Source: Eledone cirrhosa (Eukaryota). From it: a DNA stretch of 64,000 nucleotides. The translations under genes and the position numbers were made by a program. Of the stretch, positions 11,725 to 25,653 are shown piece by piece. The notes beneath the pieces are model-generated. The model was not told the DNA's origin. It saw only the letters and a list, made by a program, of their open reading frames with translations, and made no database searches. The stretch spans positions 95,356,001-95,420,000 of the forward strand of contig OZ024743.1 of the NCBI GenBank assembly GCA_964016885.1, read 5' to 3'. How positions within the stretch are numbered: position 1 is the stretch's first letter; every line of letters begins with the position of its first letter.

Positions 11725-13528
11725 CCCGTAGCTTCTGATGGAGTCACAGGGGCACCGTAGTAACATTACGTTGTTTTAAACCTTTTAAACTCTGACGAAG
11801 GCCATCTCCTCTCCAGATCAGAACACAGCCGGTTTCTTCCAGAGAAGGAGTGAGAGAGTGATAAAGAAGTCAGAAAGGAACATAGAAAAAGAATCGACCC
11901 CAGTACCGGACTGATATTTTTTTTATCGATCTCCAAAAGATTGAAGGTAAAATTGATCTCGGCGAGTTTTGAAATCAGAACGAAAAAAACGGAACGAATA
12001 ACGCAAAACATTCTTCCAGGCGTGTTAGCTATCAGACGTGTTAACTATCAGACGTGCTAACTACCAGGCATGTTAACTACCAGACGTGTTAAGTATCAGA
12101 CGTGTTAACTATCAGATGTGTTAACTATCGGACGTGTTATCTACCAGATGTGCTAACTACCAGACGGGTTATCTACCAGACCTGCTATCAGATGTGCTAA
12201 CTATGAGACGTGTTAACTACCAGACGTGCTAACTATCAGATGTGCTAACTACCAGACGTGTTAACTACCAGACGTGTTAACTACCAGACGTGCTATCAGA
12301 CGTGCTAACTATCAGACGTGCTAACTACCAGACGTGCTAACTATCAGATGTGCTAACTACCAGACGTGCTAACTACCAAGCGTGTTAACTACCAGACGTG
12401 TTAACTACCAGACGTGCTAACTATCAGACGTGCTTACTATCAGTCGTGCTAACTATCAGACGTGCTAACTATCAGACATGTTAACTACCAGACGTGCTAA
12501 CTATCAGACGTGCTAACTATCAGACATGTTAACTACCAGACGTGTTAACTACCAGACGTGTTAACTACCAGACATGCCAACTATCAGACGTGCTTACTAT
12601 CAGTCGTGCTAACTATCAGACGTGCTAACTATCAGACATGTTAACTACCAGACGTGCTAACTATCAGACGTGCTAACTATCAGACATGTTAACTACCAGA
12701 CGTGTTAAATATCAGACGTGCTAACTACCAGACGTGTTAACCACCAGACGTGTTAACCACCAGACGTTTTAACTACCAGACGTGTTAACTACCAGACGAG
12801 CTAACTATCAGACGTGCTTACTATCAGACATGTTAACTACCAGACGTGTTAACTACCAGACGTGTTAACTACCAGACGTGCTAACTACCAGATGTGCTAA
12901 CTACCAGATGTGCTAACTATCAGACGTGCTAACTATTAGACGTGTTAACTATCAGACGTGTTAACTATCAGACGTGCTAACTATCAGACGTGCTAACTAT
13001 CAGACGTGTTAACTATCAGACGTGTTAACTATCAGACGTGTTAACTACCAGACGTGCTAACTACCAGATGTGCTAACTATCAGACGTGCTAATTATCAGA
13101 CGTGTTATCTATCAGACGTGCTAATTATCAGACGTGTTAACTACCAGACGTTTTAACTACCAGACGTGCTAACTATCAGACGTGTTAACTATCAGACGGG
13201 CTAACTACCAGACGTGTTAACTATCAGACGTGCTAACTTCCAGACGTGCTAACTATCAGACGTTTTAACTATCAGACATGCTAACTACCAGACGTGCTAA
13301 CTATCAGACGTTTTAACTATCAGATGTGCTAACTACCAAACATGCTAACTATCAGACGTCTTAACTATCAGACGTGCTAACCTCCAGACGTGCTAACTAT
13401 CAGACGTGTTATCTACCAGACGTGTTAACTATCAGACGTGCTAACTTCCAGACGTGCTAACTATCAGACGTTCTAACTACCAGACGTGCCAACTACCAGA
13501 CGTGCTAACGACCCTGCCTATTCGCCGT
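11725..13528 (-). mobile_element. Long-tailed SINE B variant whose tRNA head is split by a 16-bp array; similar long-tail variants at 34165-34410 and 49490-49805
   Basis: SINE body at 11725-12017; head remnant GTGCTAACGACCCTGCCTATTCGCCG at about 13502-13527. Confidence 0.7.
12016..13509. repeat. 16-bp minisatellite (CAGACGTGYTAACTAY)n, about 90 copies
   Basis: Direct periodicity over about 1.5 kb. Confidence 0.97.
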
Positions 13529-13899
13529 ATCTCTACATATACAACCATAAATGACAAATCAGAAATTATGACTATACACAAAAACAAAAAGATCATCGCA
13601 AAAACCAAACACAGACACAGAAAAAAAAAATGAAAATGGCAAGTTAGGTTGAAAGCTACATATGCCCTCCAAACCTGGAAACAACCATTCAAATACCTAT
13701 CCACAAGGAAATTATAATCTAAATCCTACACATAGTACCAAACAGGATAACTGACAAAAGAATGAAAAAGAAAACCAGAAACAATAAACAAAATAGATAA
13801 GAGAACAGAACCGCTTTTTGGCCTCCCTCCCTTACTTCAAACTTCACCCCCACTCCACCTTTTCCCTGCATCGTCTGTTTTCATTCATTGTTTACAATC

Positions 13900-14700
13900 A
13901 GGCCATCACCTTTTTTCCATATTTTTTAATGGAAGGACTACTTAAGAGTAGATGACATTGAGAACATACAACATATAGAACCAGACATAGTATAATAAAT
14001 AGGAAGTTAACTAGGAAGACACGAGGAAAATCAAAAAATCTACAAACTGCATTTCAAAAAGCTGAAAGGATATACTTACCATATAGACAGAGATGATTGC
14101 ACCTAATAGAAACAGAGAACTAAAACAAACCTATTAGAACAATATTGAAGAAGGAAAAGTAGGCGGATTAGTATAAAGAAAGACAAGGAAAGCAAACTAC
14201 TCTCTCTACATATAACTAATCAATAAAATACAAGCTAGTAAGTAAATTTATCCAGAAGAAAAGAGTTCCGATTAGGACAAACCAGTAAAGGTAAAAATAA
14301 AACAAAAACAAACAAGATAATATGGAAACGGAACAAAAAACAAATATGAATGTGGTAAACATTTCAGTATCTTGCAAAATTGGACAGATATGAAGTGAGT
14401 TGATATGAAAGCAAACAATGGCTCAAAATCTCTAGGCTTAAGGCAGAAACGGAAGTTCTTATTTTTAACAGCAACTATATATACCTAGCTAAAAACTTTT
14501 ACCAAAATAAAAAAGTAAACAAGATGCTAATATTAACTGAATAGCAAGCAATCAATATATAAAAATTAACAATAAAGAAGCAAGTCAATGATAGAATATA
14601 CTTGCATATATAAACATTTGATGATATAGAAACACATCAAAAGTGAAAATAAATTGTATTAGCATACAACAATATCTGACAATAACAACTCGAGCTTCAA
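13900..14700 (+). pseudogene. Heavily decayed R4/Dong-like LINE remnant (may extend upstream to about 11300)
   Basis: WLKISRLKAETEVLIF at about 14420-14470 resembles the R4/Dong WL...LKxETEG motif; A-rich sense strand; otherwise broken. Confidence 0.4.
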
Positions 14701-15015
14701 AATCTCTCAAGTAACACCCACACCTCTTATGAAATTCAAATTCTGGGGCTTCTCACTGCACTTTATTTTTCCTCAATCGATTCAGGTATCTTCATGATCA
14801 CTACAAATGTTACTAAGCAACATTTAGATTTGAATATATTAGAATATATTGATTTGTAACGTCCTTTCTGTCCATTGGAAGGCAAATTTCTGACAAATTC
14901 GTCTATTCATGTAAGTATGTATGTATGTATGTATGTATGTATGTATGTATGTATGTATGTATGTATGTATGTATGTATGTATGTATGTATGTATGTATGT
15001 ATGTATGTATTTTAT

Positions 15016-15624
15016 GTCAGGTCACCAGTTGGTGTTACTGGTAACATGTTTCCCAGTACAACCTGTCTCATGGTCGGGTCGTTGGCGAATAAACTGGCAA
15101 CCCCACCAAGATTTCTTGGTGAGGAGGGTGACTTTGGACATCCTGCAGGACTAAAAACAAAACCTGTCAAAGGGCAAAGGAGCTCTTAAGAGTCAATGGC
15201 CATCCAAAATCACCGGGAGAGATGACCCCTTAGCCTTTGTCAAGGCAGAATTCTAGGAGAAGGAAAACTCTGATATAACATCTGCAACCCTGATGGTATC
15301 CAATGTTGTTGACTTGTTCTTCTTTTTGGTAAATATCATCTTGGTTAAGAGAGTGGGACTGGCTTTGTGCAGTGCCTTTGCTCACTATAAAAGCTTCACG
15401 GCACAGGCATTGCTTTATATCTGGAGATCACTGCACTTGTCGTCACATGGTACCATGGGCCCAGCACTATGTGTCAATAATTGTCACAAGTGTAGTGTTT
15501 ATACCAGAGTTTTCAAGTCGCTGGCTGGACTAAAAAGTCACACTCGATCAGCGCATCGGTAGGGGTTCTCCTACATGGATATAAAGTAGTGGCCGTACTC
15601 GAAAACGAGTTGGCAGCCACCATG
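15016..15624 (+). mobile_element. Non-autonomous RTE-derived element (5' UTR + 3' end) between (TATG)n arrays
   Basis: RTE-like 5' UTR motif CTAGGAGAAGGAAAACTCTGA; terminal C2H2-like peptide CSVYTRVFKSLAGLKSHTRSAH; ends GGCAGCCACCATG(TATG)n. Confidence 0.7.
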
Positions 15625-15771
15625 TATGTATGCATGTATGTATGCATGTATATATGTGTGTATGTATATATATATGTGTGTATGTATGTATGTATGTATG
15701 TATGTATGTATGTATGTATGTATGTACGTATGTACGTATGTATGTATGTATGTATGTATGTATGTATGTAT

Positions 15772-16217
15772 GTTCGTCTGGTTTTATAATTTCACAAATT
15801 TTTCCCAATAGAGAGAGAGAGTCGGTTTCTAATATAGACACAAGACTCTCTCATTGGAATTTACACATCAACTAGGTAGATATGTATGCATGCATGTGTA
15901 GATATGGATGTTATCGTATGTGTGGATGTGTATGTTTTGAGTTGTATGTGTGCATATGTATATGCTTTGTATCTGTACACGTGTATATGTAGTTATTAGA
16001 TGCAACATTTTTGGAATGTTTTACATATTTTTACTGTTCCATTAATGGATTGTACTTGTAGTTTCCTAACTAGTTGTGTTCTTTCTGTTCCTGTGATACC
16101 AATCTTCTCGAGATTTGTTACTGAGGCAGTTACTAACATACCCCAGTGCCCCAATAATCACAGGCATAAATCTGAAGGTATAATCAGGGTGGAGTATCTG
16201 CAGATTTCTCATTAGAA
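15772..16217 (-). mobile_element. 3' end of R4/Dong-like LINE inside (TATG)n
   Basis: LMRNLQILHPDYTFRFMPVIIGALGYVS...; reverse complement of 44755-45206; TATG repeats on both sides. Confidence 0.85.
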
Positions 16218-16505
16218 TGTATGTATTTATGTGTATATGTATATGTATGTGTATGTGCATGCATGTATATATATATACATATATGTGGTAAGAAACTCAA
16301 GAGTGGAGAACAGCAGACGGTCTTCAGTGAAGAAACCCTCCTCAAGCGAGTGTTTCGGCCCTTAACTTCTTACACTCTAAGAGGTCCTGGTCGCATCCAG
16401 CTCAGGACTCCTGGGTGCCCTTTTGCTAACATTTAGCCATTCGGATCTCTCTCCCTACTCCCCTCTCTTTCTCTCTCTCTATAAATATGTGAGTGTCTGT
16501 CCATT

Positions 16506-16540
<35 letters not shown>

Positions 16541-16581
16541 AAATGAAAATCTGAAGGCAAGGTAAATTCCAATCATTTTAA

Positions 16582-16655
16582 TTACGACACATGTTTCAAT
16601 AAGAGATAGATCGATCGTAAAGCCATGATCAATTATCACTGATCTCATCAGGTGA
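16582..16655 (-). ncRNA. Hammerhead motif in the 3' pLTR of the Naiad-type PLE
   Basis: Reverse: CAC-CTGATGA-GATC...TT-GAAA-CATGTG-TC-GTA. Confidence 0.6.
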
Positions 16656-19047
16656 AAATGAATTGTCTTCAAATTCTTGATATGAGGGAGAAAATTAGCA
16701 ATGTTCACTCACAGAGTTTATTCCCTCATATGAAGATCCAGTAGTCAGAAATACAGCGACTGCTATCAGCTTCAGTTAGGGTCATAAAACTGTCAAATCT
16801 CCATAGCTGCAAAGGACGCTGGACATTAATCAGATCTGTAGAAATACAGTCGGTCACAGTTAATGTGAGTGGGTACACACACACTCAACACCCATACACA
16901 CCGGCTCGAGGTCAAAGAAAAAAAAGATATGTATATACACATATCAACACAGCATCAAACCTGTAGAACTATAGAAGCTCACAATTAGTGTGAGTGGGTA
17001 CACAAACACTCTCACACACACCGAAGCGATGTCATAGAAAAAAACAACAAATATAAGAATAAGAATATACCAACACAGCATTCACCGAAAGTTCGTTTAC
17101 AAAACAACAAATGCTACATTGGTCAAATCTCAATTTGACGATGTAAATTGGAAATATTGGGTTAACCACAGCCCCCCCCCCCCCACACACACAAGCAAGT
17201 AAGTTCAGTTCAGTTATACATGTATAGATTGAATTGTAACATCTGTATCTTCAAGTGTATGTTATGGTATATACACATCCGTATCATCCGAAAAAGTGTA
17301 TGTCAGGTATATACACACCCATGTGAAGAGCAAGCAATCAGCTCATATCGAACTCAGTATGTACCGCTGTCCCATTGACAGTCTGAGTCACCAAAACCGT
17401 GCGTGCAAGCAACCGCATTGTAGGCCAGCAAGGAGCTCCGTGTCGGGTTGGGTATTTGGGTTAATGTGTCAGTAAGTGCGATTTCCGGTCAAATGGGCCC
17501 TTGGGCTTTTAAGATAGGTGTTTGAATAGTGGAGGTGTGTTATCCAACACAAAAGGTAAAGTAAATTACAAAGGATAGCAAAACCCAGAGGATGTGTGTA
17601 GGCCCATTAATGGTGTGTATGTATTATTGTTCAATCCGTAATTGTGAGCACTCTATGGTTAGATGATCACGGATCAAAACCTAGTGTAGTGTTCAATCGG
17701 TAGGAATGTGACCAGTCGCAACTGTGAGAACTCAATGTCTAAAGAAAACGGGTACTGTGTGTAGAGTTATGTATAGAGAGCGTAATCGGTCCTAACTGAG
17801 TGTGCAATACGACTAGCTATATCCCATCCGAGAGAACTCAATGGTTCGGGTATCTTAAAGTAAAGGTAGCTGCGAGTAATCGGTCTTGCCTGAGTGTGTA
17901 ATCAATTACTAACTAGGTATACTGAGTGTGTAATCAATTCTAACTATTTACTAGCTAGGTATTCTAAAAGTGCACTCAGCCGTGAGAACTCTCTGGAAAC
18001 AAGTCAGGTACCGTTGTAAGTGTGAAAACAATCTTAGCCGTCGAACTACCTGAGTGTATGACTGTCTGTTTAGTGAGAGAATTCTATGGCTAAAGTAGAG
18101 AGGGGGGTTTAGTGGTAGGTTACTTTCCAAAAATCCTGCGGTAGGTTTTCGAGGTTCTATGTTGGCAATTGCTGAAAAAATCAGCTCTCCTATTAATTAA
18201 TAGGGGGCCGCCTCTAATAATATTAAAGGTTTCAGCTACACATAAATTGCAAACGCCAGTGCTGCCGTTATAAGGTTGGGCTGAGCAAAATATGGACCAG
18301 GATAAGGAGTGCTCTATATTCTGAAGTTTAAGCTTCCAGACTAATTCAGAAAGTGCCGTGCTATTTTTTTAATCTAATCTATTAAATGTATGGCGGTGAT
18401 TATACCATCTATTCTAAATTCAGTGGCAGTTGCCCCAACATACCTGAAGGTTCTATCAGGAGTGGAGACCTTACAGTCGTAGACTATGTTTTTGGTGAGG
18501 CATTTCCCAGCCATGGGGCAGGTGGCGGTGCTCCTGCTGTTACATTTTTTTATCGACCTGGGTAGTTCCAGATGAATCACGGTACCTTTGGAGTCGGGTC
18601 TCAATTCCTGTCTGCTCTATGGGTAAGTTCCCTGGGTTTGGGGAGACCCGACTCGCCTCACGTGTATGAGTCAGTTCCTCTATAGAGCTGCCATTGTTTC
18701 TGCCATATCTAATTCCCTCTAGGGCTGTCCTAATCCTACTATAATTCATCTTAGCTATATTCTGAGCTATGTTACTAGTTGTGGAGTAGGACAGCTTGAT
18801 GGTATTCCTATTGAATATTTTATAGTATCTCTGTGATCTAGGGAAGCATTTGTCTAAGGCCCTAAAGAAAAGCTTAGCTATACTAGTGGTCAGGCCAGTG
18901 GAGTAAGGGGGGGGGTTATACCACAGGATTTTTACTGGTCCGATGCCTCTTGTTCTAACTAACTATATTAGTGATACCTTTCTCCTTAAATAGCTACTAG
19001 TCTATCACAACTGGAAATTGCCTGTGGGTCGATGGTGTCCTGGGGTG

Positions 19048-20235
19048 TCACGATTGTGTTCTGAATCTCCCAAGTCTCTGGGGCGGTGTACCCCCCGTGC
19101 AGCCATTGGGATTACACTTGATAGCCGGAATTAAATCCACTATGCGTCTGCTACACCTATCCCCATTCCCTTTACTCGACCCTCGTTCCATATTACGTTC
19201 AACGGTTGTTTTACCATTAAGGTTACAATTAGAGTTTCCGCTGGCGTTACGGTTCTCAGACCCCATGTTAGTACCTAGGTGGTTGTTTCCATTGGTACCA
19301 TCAACATTGGGACTAGGAGGCAATACAACATGAAGTCTATATAAATCCTCCCTCGTATCACGCCTGCTGTTAACTAAATGGTCACTATGTTGGCCTAAGC
19401 TATCGCAGGCAGTGTTGCTACTACTATTTAATGGACGTTTGAATGAGATTCCCTCGCTATGCCCCGCGCGTTCCAGGGCGCTATTATAGTAATTCGAGAT
19501 CTCATTAAAGGTATCTTCATTGGAAGATAGTCCTGAAATTCTACTAGAGACGCTTTTGGTAATACCGTTAGTGACTATTCTAGGGTGGTTCGATTTTGCG
19601 TTGAGATAGTTCAGATTCTCGTTGGGTTTGTGGTAGGGTTGGAAGAGTCCTGAATTTAGGTTAAGTGTAACATCTAGAAAATTAACTATCTTTAAGTTCT
19701 CTTCAAATACTATACTAAGGTCTATGTTGTTAAAGAATTTGCTTAGTTTTTTCCTCACCCTCTCTACCATACTATTATTATGGAACGACACAGTAAACAA
19801 AACGTCGTCACGGTAAGTGCCGCCTCCCAAGTGGGGCATTTCCACTCCGAGACAGTCAAGGAAGTAAAGGCCCACCAGATCCGTCACCTGGGCCGAGTCC
19901 GTGGATCCCATGGTGATGTCGAAATTCTCTGGCCAATCATTCCTGGTCCACAAGTCATCGTTGAACTCAATTAAGGTTTTCCTAGCTAGGAGAATAATGT
20001 TAATTTCTTCGGATGTAAGGTCGGTGTGTGAGCTAGCAAAGTTAAGGGCCCTACCTAGAAGAGTTAGAGAGATCGAAGAGTAGTAATTAGAGATATTGAA
20101 CTGTATAAACTTAGTGCTATTCTTATTCTGCGATTTCTCAAACCAGTTAATTACCTCACTAGTTGCTGACCACAATTTAAGCTTCGATCTCCTAACTAGA
20201 GTGGAGATTATTTTATCAAGGGTGTTTTTACTCAC
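19048..20235 (-). pseudogene. PLE reverse transcriptase ORF fragment (395 aa)
   Basis: ORF track; motif A Asp replaced by Asn (FIQFNI); downstream coding continues only via frameshifts and stops. Confidence 0.88.
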
Positions 20236-20273
20236 AAATCCTATGTCCGACTTCGAAGGGGCTATCGAACGAT

Positions 20274-20876
20274 AACAAACCGAGCATTATAATAAATGCT
20301 CGGTAAATCCATACGTACATATATATCTGTACATGTATGTATATATATACATACTACTGTACGTCTGTATACATATATGTATGTACGTATACATACTTAT
20401 ATTTAAGTAACAGTCGTACTAAGAGTGAGAAATGAAATTTCGTTTCATTTTTTCCATTTATCGTTTTCGGTGCGCTCGGCCGATTAACTCACTCGATATG
20501 CAAATTAGGCTGCTCAGCCGTTAATATGCATAAGGAAAGTATATACTTTCAGACGTTCAATCAGGAAGGTATTCGGTGCTGACGATAGCTAATAAGCTTG
20601 AAACTAGTAGATCGTTCCTTTGTCAGTGTTGAACAAAAGGGCAACGATGGTTGTTAAACACTGTACGGCTTAATTCGGGATGTTTGTCTACAAACAAACC
20701 GAGCATTATAATAAATGCTCGGTAAATCTATACGTACATATATATGTGTGTGCATGTATGTACTTATATACATACTACGATACGTCTGTATACATATATG
20801 TATGTACGTATACATACTTATATTTAAGTAACAGCCGTACTAAGAGTGAGAAATGAAATTTCGTTTCATTTTTTCC

Positions 20877-20881
<5 letters not shown>
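20274..20881 (+). mobile_element. PLE-type partial-tandem pLTR (~187-bp direct repeats 20274-20460 and 20693-20881) with hammerhead 20575-20613
   Basis: Direct repeat visible; CTGACGA-T-AGCT(AATA)AGCT-T-GAAA-CTAG-TA; ends in (TA)n. Confidence 0.7.
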
Positions 20882-20959
<78 letters not shown>

Positions 20960-20990
20960 CATACATATATATATATATATATATACATAC

Positions 20991-21057
<67 letters not shown>

Positions 21058-21062
21058 TATAC

Positions 21063-21123
<61 letters not shown>

Positions 21124-21140
21124 CCTACATATATATTATA

Positions 21141-21210
<70 letters not shown>
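20880..21210. repeat. (TA)n/(CA)n microsatellite; other large TA tracts at 22320-22590, 26530-26623, 39437-39617, 39995-40070, 63570-63670
   Basis: Direct inspection. Confidence 0.98.
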
Positions 21211-21212
<2 letters not shown>

Positions 21213-21251
21213 ATATAAGATCAAAAGATGGTTAAAGGTGTTCCAAGTATT

Positions 21252-21314
21252 TTATTATGCGCATTTCAAAAACAAATATCATCATGAGATGATATCTGCG
21301 TTTTCATCAGATAA
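21252..21314 (-). ncRNA. Minimal hammerhead ribozyme motif
   Basis: Reverse: TTAT-CTGATGA-AAACGCAGATATCATC(TCAT)GATGATATTTGTTTTT-GAAA-TGCGCA-TA-ATAA. Confidence 0.8.
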
Positions 21315-22331
21315 TATAGGGATACATGATATGAAGGTTAAAAAACACTTGTGAATAGTGAAGTTTTAAATCAACATATGAAAAATAATTTAAGATTGAT
21401 GTGTGATATTGGGAAAAGGTGAGGGGGGGTGAGAAAGAAGAGGAGATGAGAGTAGAGAATGGTGGGGGAGGAGTATAAGAATGATGGATGAGAGAGGAGT
21501 AGAGATGGGTGATAGAGAGAGAGAGATAGCCTTTACAACTGAGAAAAATATATATTGTCTCACAGAGAGAAGTTAAAAAGCCGTTGGAAGATAATAGATA
21601 ATTTTAAAGAATTTGAAATTAAAAGTTGTTGAAGAGAAAAGGGGGTTAAGACTAATATTAAATTAAGGTTTGTATATTGAATGGGTTAATAATATGTGCG
21701 AGGAAAAGAAATTGTTAATATGTATTATTAAAATAATTGCATTGCTTTATTGTACTACAATAAAACTGACCTCCTACATATATATATACATATATAAATA
21801 CGGTTCCTTAATTGTAGAGCTAATTCTGTTGAAGGGAATCGACTGCTGTTTCTAGTTGTCGAATACCTATTCACGCCACTGAGACGAGACTGCGGTCATG
21901 TGTAAGAGCAACACGTGGTAGCGGCCAGTTGAGGATTTGAACTCGCTGTGTAAGCATGGATTGCTGGACATTATTCTTCCTTGTTGATAATTCAATAATA
22001 TCCACTTTCCGTGACTTACCATCTGATTAATTGCTGAAATATATTTCTTTAATGGAATATATACAGGTAAGATTAATCATATTAAAAGGTTTCTATTTAT
22101 TTGTTACCCAACTAGCTATGCGTGGTTACACGCTTGTAAAAATTATCTCCTGTGATTATTCATGTTTATATATGTTAATCAATATCTAGTTATTATAAAA
22201 TGCTCGGACCTATCTTTGAGCTTATTTCCGGGCGATATGGCGCACGCCGTTATGGCATGACACCCACAATTTCGATTTAGATTAAATTCATTTAATTTAT
22301 CTTAATTTTGGATATAGATATACATATATAC

Positions 22332-22454
<123 letters not shown>

Positions 22455-22490
22455 TTACATATATATATATATATATAAATGTATATATAC

Positions 22491-22631
<141 letters not shown>

Positions 22632-22828
22632 GAGAAATATATGTATATATATATCACATAAGACACGGACAACCAGTGGTGCGACGAATTAGAATTTATT
22701 AGACATATTACAATCGTTTTTGCTCCTTCTATAGTTGAGCGCTTGCAGCGAATCGCCATGAATCAGACCGCTTACCGCATACGGACGCTTTAAACATCCC
22801 ACACCAAATCTCTCTCTATATATATATA

Positions 22829-23150
22829 TTAATAAGGTAATGAATTCTTTTACAATGGAATCAGCTCGAATGAGGAAAATATATCCCCTGAGCAGTTTAT
22901 ATTCCATTGTAAAAGAATTCATTACCTTATTAATTTTAATCTGCTCCTAGTTTGAGCTGCAAAGCCGCCTCATATACACGACTGTTATTTCTAGCAGTAC
23001 GGTTATGAGACTAGTTAGATACTGTAAAGCCATGTGCGCCACGCAGTCTTTTAAATTATTTAGAAGTGAAGCATATCTATTTGTCTCTGGATGTTTACTG
23101 AGGAGAGCGGGACATGATATTCCTACACTTATTTAACTCGAAACATATTT
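22829..23150 (+). mobile_element. TA-adjacent PLE-type island: ~32-bp inverted repeat (22829-22933) plus degenerate hammerhead (about 23095-23150)
   Basis: TTAATAAGGTAATGAATTCTTTTACAATGGAA ... TTCCATTGTAAAAGAATTCATTACCTTATTAA; CTGAGGA-GAG...CTC-GAAAC-ATAT-TT. Confidence 0.55.
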
Positions 23151-23381
23151 GGATCTTAAAGTCTAAACTTATCTACGGAACAGGTTTGATTTTGAAATTT
23201 AAATGTGTCTAAACATCACGGCCTTTTGCCAATACAGTTCGTCTCCGTTGATTTATTATTTTAAATCGATATGGACAAACTGTAGTATAATAATTAGTAT
23301 ACTTCAATCTGGCTAAATTTTTCTTTCGCAATATATATACAGATGTGTTGGTATCTGTGTTTCATCACATACATATTAATT

Positions 23382-23463
<82 letters not shown>

Positions 23464-23466
23464 CAC

Positions 23467-23497
<31 letters not shown>

Positions 23498-23794
23498 AAT
23501 GTATTGTATATGTCGGTGTGTGGTATGTGTGTGCGTATGCGTGTGTTAGGGTGTGTATATGTAAGGGTTTGATTTGAAATGACTAAGTTACTAACTTATA
23601 ACTATATACTTCTTTGAGTTTCTCCCATATATATATATATATATATATATAGTTATAGTTATGTGCATCATGTATTCTGTCTTTTTCCATATAGCGGTGG
23701 CATCGGGACCCCCCCCCCCCCTGCTGGTCCTTTAACCTTATTCTGGTGACGCAGCTCGATGGAGCATGAAACTATTGATATACTCTTGTTTATA

Positions 23795-23841
23795 GGCTCT
23801 GATGATTCCTGCCATGGGGTATGGATGAAACACTGTTAGCT
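23795..23841 (+). ncRNA. Minimal hammerhead ribozyme motif
   Basis: GGCT-CTGATGA-T-TCC...GGA-T-GAAA-CACTG-TT-AGCT. Confidence 0.7.
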
Positions 23842-24062
23842 AATAAAACAATGTATTTCTAAGCACTCTTTGGTTATTCCTATAACTATAACGGCTCTGT
23901 AGTATACTAGTCATCCTACATTGAGCTAAAGCAACACTGTCATACCAAGGGTAATATATCTGCATGTCTGGGCATATTGATATATTTGTCAATGAAACTA
24001 TATATATATATATGTGTGTGTGTGTATGTGTGTGTATGTATGTATGTGTATAGATATATGTC

Positions 24063-24640
<578 letters not shown>

Positions 24641-25653
24641 GGGGGCATTTCAGTTGGCTATTTTTGGCACAAGAACATTTAAATGCTGGCAAAGAATGAC
24701 CTTTGGAAACTACATCAGTTTGGTTCCGAAACAATAGTTTCACACATTGTGGATCTGTTACTGTCTTTTGATAGCTTTCATTTCTTTCATTTAGTCAAAA
24801 ATTGTAAACTTTTAGTGAATGAGGTTAGGTATTTGAATTGATCCAACTATATTACTGATACATAGTCCTAGCTCTTTAAGAATAGAACACAGCTATATAC
24901 GCTAGAAATGAAATAAAAATGTGATAATTATCAATATTGTGGTCGCAATGTGTCCAAGGGCGGTGCCCCAGCACGACCTCAGCCGGAGAGCCGGAACAGG
25001 TAAAAGAGTATATTTAGATTTCAATAACAGTTTACAATGATGAAATTATTTAAAAAAGAAAACAGATAATAAAATAAATGGGAAAAGAGGAAAGAAGGAA
25101 AGAGGAAGTGGTGATTTAAATAATGAAGAGTTGGAAAGGAAAAAGGATAGGGCAACACTTGGATGAGTGTTGTACCTCACGGTCACGATGTCGAAAACAT
25201 TACTGCAGAGAACAGCCAGCAGCAGCAGCAGCCTCAACTATTACACCCCATTTAGCTCCCCCTTCAGACGTGAGGCACACCTCCCAATTTTGTGGCTTTC
25301 CGGGAATCGAGGACACTGAACGGTGATTGGCACTAAAAGCAAGTGGTCTGTTGTGTCTTGGCATTTGCATATCTTCCACTCCTTCACGTTATGGTTTGAA
25401 ATGGCCGGTTTGTGCCCGACATGACAAGATTGGAAATGCAGTACGATTTTTGAAGATTGGTTCCCTACTGCATTAACGTATTTCATCACTTTAAGATATA
25501 AAATATTTCTCGAAATAATACAATGTTGTGGACAAATAACGCCAGATTGAGTCGTATGGACACCACAGTGATATACAGTACCGACCATGCCTTTCCAACG
25601 ATGAAACAATTCTATATGCACAAACGATCAGTGATTAAGTATATAGAAATAAC

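Larger units (their letters stand above)
16540..20270 (-). mobile_element. 5'-truncated, frameshifted Naiad-type Penelope-like element (RT + GIY-YIG, long 3' UTR)
   Basis: RT motifs APSKSDIGFVSK, FIQFNISNYYSSI, FDITMGSTDSAQVTDLVG, YRDD, NFLDVTL, YHKP, SNHP; then WYNPPPYS...KIFNRNTIKLSYS; CNSR..CPMAGKCL..NIVY..YVGAT..CNLC..NCQH to a stop near 18120; the 3' end abuts (TA)n. Confidence 0.9.

Noticed and set aside
12016-13509. CRISPR-like or telomeric array
   Set aside because: Contiguous 16-bp units without spacers; not a telomeric motif; explained by SINE head amplification.
15040-15100. HDV-like ribozyme at the 5' end of the RTE-derived element (CCAGT...ACC-loop-GGT...GGCGAAT...ACTGG)
   Set aside because: P2- and P3-like pairings are visible, but no P1 partner was found and the pairing is not kept in the 33610 copy; needs an Infernal search.
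19048-19050. TGA ending the Naiad RT ORF as a selenocysteine codon
   Set aside because: It lies in a non-conserved linker and is followed by in-frame TAG TAG and a frameshift; the endonuclease cysteines use TGY codons.
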